Below are positions 44,667-52,178 of a DNA stretch of 64,000 bases, piece after piece. The notes below the pieces were generated by a model. That model did no database searches and was not told the DNA's origin. It was given only the letters and a program-made list of their open reading frames with translations. The stretch is from an uncultured Candidatus Saccharibacteria bacterium (GTDB taxonomy: Bacteria; Patescibacteriota; Minisyncoccia; Phycocordibacterales; CAIJYI01): positions 367-64,366 of the forward strand of contig CAYPFT010000002.1 in the NCBI GenBank assembly GCA_964410165.1. The letters are read 5' to 3'. Both the position numbers and the translations under genes were made by a program. Each line of letters begins with the position of its first letter. The first letter of the stretch is position 1.

Positions 44667-44712
44667 CCCTCTCCTTAAACTTTAAGTTTCGGGAGAGGTT
44701 TTTTATTTTTTG
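44667..44712 (+). terminator. Rho-independent terminator
   Basis: CCCTCTCC-TTAAACTTTAAGTTTC-GGGAGAGG followed by TTTTTTATTTTTT. Confidence 0.55.
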
Positions 44713-44864
44713 CAAACAGCCTTAAAAATGGTATATTTTCCCTATGTTAGAAGAACTGAGGGCTCACCCACGAATAAAATCCCCGTCTCGCCTCCATATT
44801 TCCGCAATCTTTTATTTTTTCTCTCCGCCAGCTGGCGGACACAAATCTCTCATCGTAGCTCACT

Positions 44865-47800
44865 ATGCCTCAAAATTTTCTCAATCAAAAAAATAAAATC
44901 TTACAAAAATCTGGAACCGAATCCGGGGAAGTTATTCGTGGGCGAACCCTTGAAAAATCTAAAATCGCCGAAAGCGAAGAAAAAACCCTCGCTTTTTGGC
45001 GCGAGAATAACATTTTCCAAAAAACGCTTGAGGCGACGCGCGAGGGCGAGCCGTTTGTCTTTTACGATGGGCCGCCTTTTGCGACTGGGCTTCCGCACTA
45101 TGGGCATCTTTTGCAGGGGACAATCAAAGACACCGTACCGCGATACCAGACGATGCGCGGGCGATATGTCCGTCGCGTGTGGGGGTGGGACTGCCATGGA
45201 CTGCCGATTGAAAATCTTATTGAAGGAGAGCTCGGGCTGAAGCACAAAAAAGACATCGAAAACATCGGCATCGCGAATTTCAACGAGGCCGCGCGAAAAA
45301 GCGTGCTTCGCTACGATGAGGATTGGAAGAAAATCGTTCCGCGGATGGGGCGATGGATAGACATGGAGGCGAGCTACAAAACGATGGATTGGCAATACAC
45401 GGAATCTATTTGGTGGGCGTTCAAAACGCTCTACGACAAAGGACTTATTTATGAGGGATACAAGCCGATGCATATCTGCCCGCGATGCGAAACGACGCTG
45501 GCGAACTCTGAAGTAACGCTCAATTATCAGGATGTGAAAGATATTTCCGTAACGGCGAAGTTTGAGCTCGCAGATGAGCCGGGAACGTTCGTGCTTGCGT
45601 GGACGACCACGCCGTGGACGCTGCCGGGGAATGTCGCGCTTGCAATCGGTGAAGTTATTGAATACGTAAGAGTAGGAATTTGGAATCAGGAATTAGGAAT
45701 TAGGGAAACGTATATTGTGGCGAAAGAGCGGGTGGAAACGGTATTCGCAGGCAAGGAGTATGAGATACTTGGATTAGTGCATAATCCGGATTTGATAGGC
45801 AAAAAATACAAACCTGTTTTTGACTATTACACTGGCGACGAGAAGCTTCCAAACCGCGAGAACGGCTGGAAAATAGTTGTGGCGGAATTCGTGACGACGG
45901 ATACCGGTACGGGCGTTGTCCACATTGCTCCGGCGTTCGGAGAGGAAGACATGGCGCTCGGCATCGTACAAAATTTGCCGTTCATTCAGCATGTCGGCAT
46001 GGGCGGGGTTTTCAAACCCGAAGTAACAGACTTTGCGGGAATGCCGGTGAAGACGAAAGGCGACACGCAATCGGCGGATGTGGCGGTCATAAAATATCTC
46101 GCGGCACACGGCACGCTGTTTGCAAAAGAAAAAATAGAGCACTCCTACCCGATGTGCTGGCGGTGCGACACGCCGCTTTTGAATTACGCCGCGAGCTCGT
46201 GGTTTGTGAAAGTTACCGCGCTTAAAGAAAAGATGCTTTCAGAAAATGAAAACATTTCGTGGGTGCCGGAGAACATGAAGCACGGTCGTTTCGGAAAATG
46301 GCTCGAAGGCGCCCGCGACTGGGCCATCTCCCGCTCGCGATATTGGGGCGCGCCGATTCCGGTCTGGAAATGCGACAAATGTGAAAAACTTGATGTTATT
46401 GGTTCTGTGTCGGATTTGCGCAAAAACATCAAGCCCAAAAATCAGTATTTTGTGATGCGGCACGGGGAGGCGGAACATAATGCGACCAACACTGTGAGTT
46501 CGAAGCCGGAAAATCCAACACACCTTACAGAAAAGGGAAAAGAGGAAGTTAGGGTGGCGACGGAAGGACTAAAAGATAAAAAAATTGACTTCATTTTCGC
46601 GTCCGATTTCGTGCGCACAAAAGAAACGGCGGAAATGGTTGCGGGAATGCTCGGAATTCCAAAAGATAAAATCGTGTACGATGAACGTTTGCGTGAAATA
46701 AATGCCGGTGATTTCGACGGAAGACCGATTTCAGAATACCGCGCTTATTTTCCCAGACTCCTTGAAAGGTTTACGAAGCCTGCACCGAACGGCGAGAATG
46801 TCGTTGGTGTCAAAGTGCGGGCAATGGATTTTCTTTCGGAAACCGACGCGAGAGAAGCGGGAAAAAATATTTTGCTCGTTACCCATGAATACGTGGCATG
46901 GATGCTTGCCACCGGAGTGAAAGGGCTCTCAAAAGAAGATTCTTGCCGCGAGAAAGAGGGGAAAGATGATTTTATCGTAACCGGAGGAGTGCTTTCTATT
47001 TCTTACGCGCCGTTCCCGCACAACGCCGATTACGAGCTCGACCTGCACCGACCCTACATAGACGACATCGTGCTTCCGTGCAAATGCGGCGGCGATATGA
47101 AGCGCGTGCCGGAAGTTTTTGACTGCTGGTTTGAATCCGGGTCAATGCCGTACGCGCAGTTTCATTACCCGTTTGAAAACGAACAAGAATTTAAGCGCAA
47201 TTTTCCCGCGGATTTTATCGCCGAAGCGGTAGATCAGACGCGCGGATGGTTTTACAACATGCACGCGCTTTCCGTCGGGCTTTTTGGAGAACGGGCATTT
47301 AAGAACGTTATTACGACCGGACTTATTCTTGCGGAAGACGGACAGAAAATGTCCAAGAAGCTCAAGAATTATCCCGACCCGATGGATGTGGTAGAAAAAT
47401 ACGGCGCGGACGCACTCCGGTATTACCTGCTTTCTTCCCCGGTGGTTGTCGGAGAAGAGCTTCGTTTTTCTGAAAAAGGCGTGGACGAGGTGTACAAAAA
47501 GATTGTGATACGCCTGCAGAATGTCGCGGCGTTTTATGAACTGTATCGCGACGTATCAGGGAACAGTATCAGTATCAGGGAGATGACGAATGTTCTTGAT
47601 GAGTGGATTTTGGCTCGGCTCGCAGAGTTAGTTGCTGAAGTGGAAGCGGGGATGGAGGGTTACGAGCTCGACCGCGCGGCTCGGCCGTTTATGCTTTTCA
47701 TTGATGACCTTTCCACATGGTATTTGCGCCGTTCTCGCGACCGAATGAAAGGGAAAGAGGGAAAAGCCGGCGAAGAAGAAGATACGAATAATGCCCGCGC

Positions 47801-48443
47801 AACACTCCGCCACGTGCTTTTGGAGCTCTCAAAAACCCTCGCGCCATTCATGCCGTTTCTTGCGGAAGATGTGTACAAACGCGCGGACGGGGAGAGGGAG
47901 AGTGTACATTTGGAACAAATCACAAATCCCAAATCCCAAATTCCAAACGCAGACGTACTTGTCCAAATGCAGGAAGCAAGGAAGGTTGTAGCAATGGGAC
48001 TTGAAGCACGCGCAAAAGCTGGGATTAAAGTGCGTCAACCTCTTGAAACGATCAAAACAACCATTACATTTTCCGGCGGCGGTATCATTATTTCTGATTT
48101 ATTCGGTACAATAAAAGCTGAACTTAATGTCAAGAATGTTTTGTTGGGACAAGATAAAGATGAGTTGGATACCGTTATAACCCCAGAACTCAAAGAAGAG
48201 GGAATGGTACGCGAATTCATCCGCCACGTGCAAGAGCTTCGTAAAAAGGAAGATTTAAGCCCCGCCGATAAAGATCGCATACTTCTTGTTTCCACCGACG
48301 AAGAGGGAGAAACATTCCTTAAAAAATTTGAAGCGGAGATAAAAAGAGCAACGCTTTTCGCCGCCGTGGAGTATCGGGAACCAAATGAGGGAGAGCAGAC
48401 GAAAGTAGAACATATCTTATTCTCTCTCGCGATAAAAAAGTAG
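44865..48443 (+). CDS. ileS: Isoleucine--tRNA ligase carrying an internal histidine-phosphatase (PGAM-like) domain
   Basis: HIGH (HYGHLL) and KMSKS (KMSKKL) motifs, editing domain and zinc knuckles. Residues ~527-720 (nt ~46440-47030) contain RHGEAEHN, ASDFVRTKETAE, LVTHEYV: the RHG...H signature of the histidine phosphatase superfamily. The insert sits between the CDKC knuckle and DLHRPYIDD. 1192 aa. Confidence 0.85.
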   Translation: MPQNFLNQKNKILQKSGTESGEVIRGRTLEKSKIAESEEKTLAFWRENNIFQKTLEATREGEPFVFYDGPPFATGLPHYGHLLQGTIKDTVPRYQTMRGRYVRRVWGWDCHGLPIENLIEGELGLKHKKDIENIGIANFNEAARKSVLRYDEDWKKIVPRMGRWIDMEASYKTMDWQYTESIWWAFKTLYDKGLIYEGYKPMHICPRCETTLANSEVTLNYQDVKDISVTAKFELADEPGTFVLAWTTTPWTLPGNVALAIGEVIEYVRVGIWNQELGIRETYIVAKERVETVFAGKEYEILGLVHNPDLIGKKYKPVFDYYTGDEKLPNRENGWKIVVAEFVTTDTGTGVVHIAPAFGEEDMALGIVQNLPFIQHVGMGGVFKPEVTDFAGMPVKTKGDTQSADVAVIKYLAAHGTLFAKEKIEHSYPMCWRCDTPLLNYAASSWFVKVTALKEKMLSENENISWVPENMKHGRFGKWLEGARDWAISRSRYWGAPIPVWKCDKCEKLDVIGSVSDLRKNIKPKNQYFVMRHGEAEHNATNTVSSKPENPTHLTEKGKEEVRVATEGLKDKKIDFIFASDFVRTKETAEMVAGMLGIPKDKIVYDERLREINAGDFDGRPISEYRAYFPRLLERFTKPAPNGENVVGVKVRAMDFLSETDAREAGKNILLVTHEYVAWMLATGVKGLSKEDSCREKEGKDDFIVTGGVLSISYAPFPHNADYELDLHRPYIDDIVLPCKCGGDMKRVPEVFDCWFESGSMPYAQFHYPFENEQEFKRNFPADFIAEAVDQTRGWFYNMHALSVGLFGERAFKNVITTGLILAEDGQKMSKKLKNYPDPMDVVEKYGADALRYYLLSSPVVVGEELRFSEKGVDEVYKKIVIRLQNVAAFYELYRDVSGNSISIREMTNVLDEWILARLAELVAEVEAGMEGYELDRAARPFMLFIDDLSTWYLRRSRDRMKGKEGKAGEEEDTNNARATLRHVLLELSKTLAPFMPFLAEDVYKRADGERESVHLEQITNPKSQIPNADVLVQMQEARKVVAMGLEARAKAGIKVRQPLETIKTTITFSGGGIIISDLFGTIKAELNVKNVLLGQDKDELDTVITPELKEEGMVREFIRHVQELRKKEDLSPADKDRILLVSTDEEGETFLKKFEAEIKRATLFAAVEYREPNEGEQTKVEHILFSLAIKK

Positions 48444-48547
48444 AAACTGTTTACTGAAGGTAGTCCTCAGGGGCATTTTTCATTGCATTTTTTGGGTTTA
48501 TGCCGTATAAATGAAGAAGGCTGGTATTCGTAAATTCTTGGAATTAT

Positions 48548-48847
48548 TTGTGGGGAGGTTGTATGGCTGTTTTTCTTGATATGGCGCTGAAGGGTTGTGT
48601 ATTGCTGGCATGGGGTTTTTTGATATGGGGTATGATAAAAGAGTTGAAAGCTCGCAGGCCGGAACATGCTAGGGATCGCAATCTTCAAGTCGGAACTTTT
48701 TGGGTGTTCTTTTTCGGGAGTATTTTGTGGCTTATCATAGGTACAGCGAATGCTTTCTTTGGAGAACCTTTTTTACTGGAGGGTTTCCTCACGATTCTTC
48801 TTGGGCACAGGGCGTATGCCCTGAATAAAACAATTAGAACGCTATAG
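48548..48847 (+). CDS. Hypothetical small membrane protein
   Basis: Two or three hydrophobic helices. No motif. Confidence 0.3.
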   Translation: MWGGCMAVFLDMALKGCVLLAWGFLIWGMIKELKARRPEHARDRNLQVGTFWVFFFGSILWLIIGTANAFFGEPFLLEGFLTILLGHRAYALNKTIRTL

Positions 48848-48937
48848 GACTTACGCGTTTGGCGACATACTTGCCAAAATCTGCGATAATTAAAATCCAC
48901 GAGATTAAAGCTCGGGGATTTTTTGTTTTTCTACTTC

Positions 48938-49112
48938 TCAATCTCCCGTATCACCTCTTCGCTTTGCATGAAGCGGTAGAAGAGTGCCGCGACGATGAAA
49001 GCGATGATCATCATGACGACGGCGTACTTTCCAAAGACGTTCGAGCTTTTGCCGAAGTAGTAGCCGATGCCGAGAAAGGGAAACGTCCAGATGATGGAAG
49101 TGATGAGGATAA
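48938..49112 (-). pseudogene. C-terminal fragment of a DedA-like membrane protein gene, truncated by MITE insertion
   Basis: The minus-strand frame reads ILITSIIWTFPFLGIGYYFGKSSNVFGKYAVVMMIIAFIVAALFYRFMQSEEVIREIEK*, a hydrophobic DedA-like C-terminus with GYYFG. It runs directly into the MITE terminal repeat at 49113, and there is no room for an N-terminal part beyond the element. Confidence 0.4.
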
Positions 49113-49287
49113 CTCACCTTACGCACGATTGTGATACCGTACGGTTTCGGCGTAGAATTTTGGTCGGTTTCTCCGCCCCTTGGCGGTGGAACCGCCAAAA
49201 TAGAGCGTCGGAAGCGGAAGATTTGGCGGAGAGACCGCCAAAGGGCGGACTCACCGACCAAATCTTTCCCGTCGTGCGTAAGGTGAG
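49113..49287. mobile_element. MITE-like element, copy 2 (175 bp)
   Basis: Same 16-bp terminal inverted repeats CTCACCTTACGCACGA/TCGTGCGTAAGGTGAG. Flanked by the 7-bp direct repeat AGGATAA (49106-49112 and 49288-49294). The interior is ~85% identical to copy 1. Confidence 0.7.
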
Positions 49288-49352
49288 AGGATAATTGGTA
49301 TGTAGAGCACGCGGTTCATTTTGGAAAGTCCGGCGGAAAAGGCGATGGCGCT

Positions 49353-50426
49353 TTAATTCCGCGGCAATGCATTTTTGAAAGCCTCAAGCGAGTTCGGGTC
49401 GGAGTTTATGCGCCAATCTTTTTCTTTGTTTTCATTGAACCATATCCATCCTTCGATTTTCGGGTATTTTGGGATTTGCTTGGTGAATGTGTCGCTCACC
49501 CACGCCGCCTTGTTTGATCCTTCGGCGCTGGCGAACGAAAAAATGTATATGGGTTTGTTGTAATTTGCGAGTATGGCGAGCGGGGCGGCGAACATCTCGT
49601 CAAAGGTTTTCCACGGGTCGCCGAAGTTAAAACCGTCGAGTCCGACGTAATCCGCGTACGCATCGCCCGGATAGTATTTGTCGAGGCTGTTTTCGGGTGT
49701 GTTGGGGACGGATTCATTATTGGGCGCCCAGCCGAATTTGACGTTTGGTGCATCCGAAAAAATATCATGAACGCGGCGGTAGGCGAGAATCGCTTTTTCC
49801 GGGCTGTTGCCGTTTTTCGTTCCCGACCACGGAAACCAGTCGCCGTTTGCTTCGGAGAATGGTATCAGTATGACCGGCGCTCCGTACGCTTTCGCATCCG
49901 CGGCAAACGAGCGCATGTATTCATCCCAGTCGCCGCGAAGGATAGCGTCATAAGAGAATCGCGGCTGTTCCGCGCCGCCCGCCGCGTAGTCGGTGGCTTC
50001 CCAGAAAATAACCAAAGTTTTTCCGCGGTCTTTTATCGTGTGCACGAGATAAAAAGGAAACCCGTTTTCATTTCCCCAATGAATGAATACGGCAATCATG
50101 TCGGGACTTTTCCCGAGAGTTTGTTCAAGGGCGAGAATTTTTTCGGGTTCGGAGCGGTTCTCGTAGAAGCCCCACTTCTGCGGACGTGGCAGCGGCATAT
50201 TTATTTTTGGAATCGGAACGATGACGGCGGGGACACTGGTGATTGGTGACTGGTCACTTGTCACTGGTGCGGACGCCGGCAGAGGCGCGGGTGTCGGGCT
50301 TTCGGTCGTGTTTCCGGGGACGGCATCACTTTTCGGCAGAGAAAAAAAAGACAGACCGAAAAGAATGGTACAGCCGAAAAAAAGAAACGCCGAAGTTTTT
50401 TTACGCATCAAGTCTATGGTTCCCAC
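49353..50426 (-). CDS. Secreted glycoside hydrolase, GH26-like (beta-mannanase-like fold)
   Basis: Signal/anchor helix, Pro/Thr-rich linker, catalytic region with FSEANGDWFPWSG and WAPNNE... WIWFNEN, resembling the GH26 acid/base and nucleophile contexts. ~65% identical to the C-terminal half of the 59217 gene. Confidence 0.55.
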   Translation of the reverse strand: MGTIDLMRKKTSAFLFFGCTILFGLSFFSLPKSDAVPGNTTESPTPAPLPASAPVTSDQSPITSVPAVIVPIPKINMPLPRPQKWGFYENRSEPEKILALEQTLGKSPDMIAVFIHWGNENGFPFYLVHTIKDRGKTLVIFWEATDYAAGGAEQPRFSYDAILRGDWDEYMRSFAADAKAYGAPVILIPFSEANGDWFPWSGTKNGNSPEKAILAYRRVHDIFSDAPNVKFGWAPNNESVPNTPENSLDKYYPGDAYADYVGLDGFNFGDPWKTFDEMFAAPLAILANYNKPIYIFSFASAEGSNKAAWVSDTFTKQIPKYPKIEGWIWFNENKEKDWRINSDPNSLEAFKNALPRN

Positions 50427-51433
50427 AGCTGTTCTTCCCGCCTGATTTCGTTGTTCTCGTAACTTACCAGTAGAGGAATTCCAAAACTTGCCAAAAGGAG
50501 CGACAGTCCCAAAAAGAGCATGGTGCGGTCGGAAAGTTCGCCGTTTTGGTTTTGGAGAGAAGTTATCGCAGTCCCGAGCGTCGATCCCGAGCTTTCTTTC
50601 AGTGAAGCGTTTTTCGCAGGTTCTTCTTGCGCATGGGCAGAATACGCGAGCGGTGAAGGTGTTTCGTTTATGGTTCTCAAAACCGCCACAAGAGCCGGAA
50701 TCTGGAGATTTTTTTCAGCGCTTGGAGTCGGTAGTGGTGCGGGAGGAAGAGCGGCGGCGGGCGCGGGCGGCGTTTGCCTGCCGGTGATATAGGAGAGCGG
50801 GACGGCTCCTCCGGCCACAGACATCGGAGGCGGTGCCGGCATTTCTTGCACGGTTGCGGTAAGCGCCGTCGGCGCGGGGAGGCGGATGAGGGAAACGTTG
50901 TCAATGGAAAGCGACCCTATTTCGCGGACGAGATGAAAAACGGTCAGCGAAACCGCACCTTCCGGAATCAGAAAAGGGAAAGTTTCATATCCGGTCCATT
51001 CCGGCGATATGACGGATGTTCCGAGATACGCGTACCGATACGCCCCATCCTGAAGCGTGTAGCGGACGACGACATCCGCCGGAACATTCGCAAGATAGTG
51101 CCCCGAAAAAACGTATCGTTCCATCGGCGCCACAGGAATGTCGTCGAAATACCACTTCGCGTCGCCGCTTTCGTAGGAAGTGATTTCTACTTTCGCGGCC
51201 CTCGTGCCATTCGGGCCAAGCACGGGATAGGTGAATACGGCGTTATTCGTGCCCCAAAAGCCTTGACTCCAATACTCGGGAACGCTTGCGTTGCCCGGAT
51301 CTGCCACCTCAAGTCCCGGATTGGCAATCGGGTTTTGGGCGGTGTCCGCGTAAGTTAAAAAAGGCAACAAAAGAATTCCGCCAACAATCATGGCCGATAC
51401 GCTTGATGTAAATCGCAGTATGTTTTTTTGCAT
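50414..51433 (-). CDS. Cell-surface protein with a CBM_4_9-like carbohydrate-binding module, Pro-rich stalk and C-terminal membrane anchor
   Basis: Module NPGLEVADPGNASVPEYWSQGFWGTNNAVFTYPV...DAKWYFDDIPV...TVFHLVREIGSLSIDNVSL is repeated in the neighbouring giant proteins. Also has a poly-Pro/Ala region and a terminal hydrophobic helix. Confidence 0.6.
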   Translation of the reverse strand: MQKNILRFTSSVSAMIVGGILLLPFLTYADTAQNPIANPGLEVADPGNASVPEYWSQGFWGTNNAVFTYPVLGPNGTRAAKVEITSYESGDAKWYFDDIPVAPMERYVFSGHYLANVPADVVVRYTLQDGAYRYAYLGTSVISPEWTGYETFPFLIPEGAVSLTVFHLVREIGSLSIDNVSLIRLPAPTALTATVQEMPAPPPMSVAGGAVPLSYITGRQTPPAPAAALPPAPLPTPSAEKNLQIPALVAVLRTINETPSPLAYSAHAQEEPAKNASLKESSGSTLGTAITSLQNQNGELSDRTMLFLGLSLLLASFGIPLLVSYENNEIRREEQLWEP

Positions 51434-51600
51434 GTTTGAAAATTTGGTTTATAAACTTTTCTTTTTCTTTCGTATCGGTTGCATCATCGCTTCTTTCACC
51501 CCGCCTTCAAGCCGCGGCGGCCGGGTAAGATGGTCTTGTTCCCGCAACAATCTTTTCTTATCCACGATACGTTCGTTTGCTTTCTTTGTTTTCATGGCGG

Positions 51601-52023
51601 TTATTTCTTAATCTCTATCTTCACCGCTTTTTCTTTCGCCCCCGCAATTGCCGGCATCGTTACGATGAGTTCGCCGTTTTCATATTTCGCATCGGCGCGG
51701 GAAGCATCAACAGACTTCGGCAGGCGTATTGAACGCGAGAAAGAGCCTCTTCTAATCTCTTTGCTGTAATAATCTTTTTTTTCCGTTTCCTTTTCCTCCT
51801 CGTGTTTGCCGGAAACCGTGAGTATGTCTTCCTCAAGCGAAATATCAAGCTCCTCAGGTTTTACTCCCGGTAAACTCATCTTTACTGCGATATTGTCTTT
51901 TTCTTCATATACATCCGCCGCAAAATCCATTCCCAAACGAGGAAATGAAGTAAACGGCTGTAAGAACCGGTCGTCGAAAAAGCGATCGATTTCTCTAAAG
52001 GGATCCCGTTTGATTATTTGCAT
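51601..52023 (-). CDS. Hsp20/alpha-crystallin family small heat-shock protein
   Basis: Alpha-crystallin domain (DVYEEKDNIAVKMSLPGVKPEELDISLEEDILTVSG...GSFSRSIRLP...ENGELIVTMP). Confidence 0.85.
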   Translation of the reverse strand: MQIIKRDPFREIDRFFDDRFLQPFTSFPRLGMDFAADVYEEKDNIAVKMSLPGVKPEELDISLEEDILTVSGKHEEEKETEKKDYYSKEIRRGSFSRSIRLPKSVDASRADAKYENGELIVTMPAIAGAKEKAVKIEIKK

Positions 52024-52178
52024 AGGGGTGATTGCATTAAATTGATTTTAATAAATTTCCTTAACGTGATGCTACCAAGCATTTCTGAAAACTTCGTGAA
52101 GAAAAATCCCCCCCGAGGTGAAGTCAAGCAACAAAAACTTGAGTTTACTTGCTGACCGATGTGTTTTGCATTTTCACC

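Noticed and set aside
44710-45240. 176-aa ORF overlapping the ileS start
   Set aside because: Out of frame with ileS, which has the conserved IleRS N-terminus and HIGH motif starting at 44865. No independent support.
46440-47030. Intein within ileS
   Set aside because: The insert lacks intein boundary residues (N-terminal Cys/Ser, C-terminal HN plus a nucleophile) and instead matches a histidine phosphatase fold. The HN dipeptide present is the RHGxxxHN catalytic motif.
51453-51596. 48-aa basic minus-strand ORF between the CBM protein and Hsp20 genes
   Set aside because: Below a reasonable size threshold, no RBS, Lys-rich low complexity. Left unannotated.
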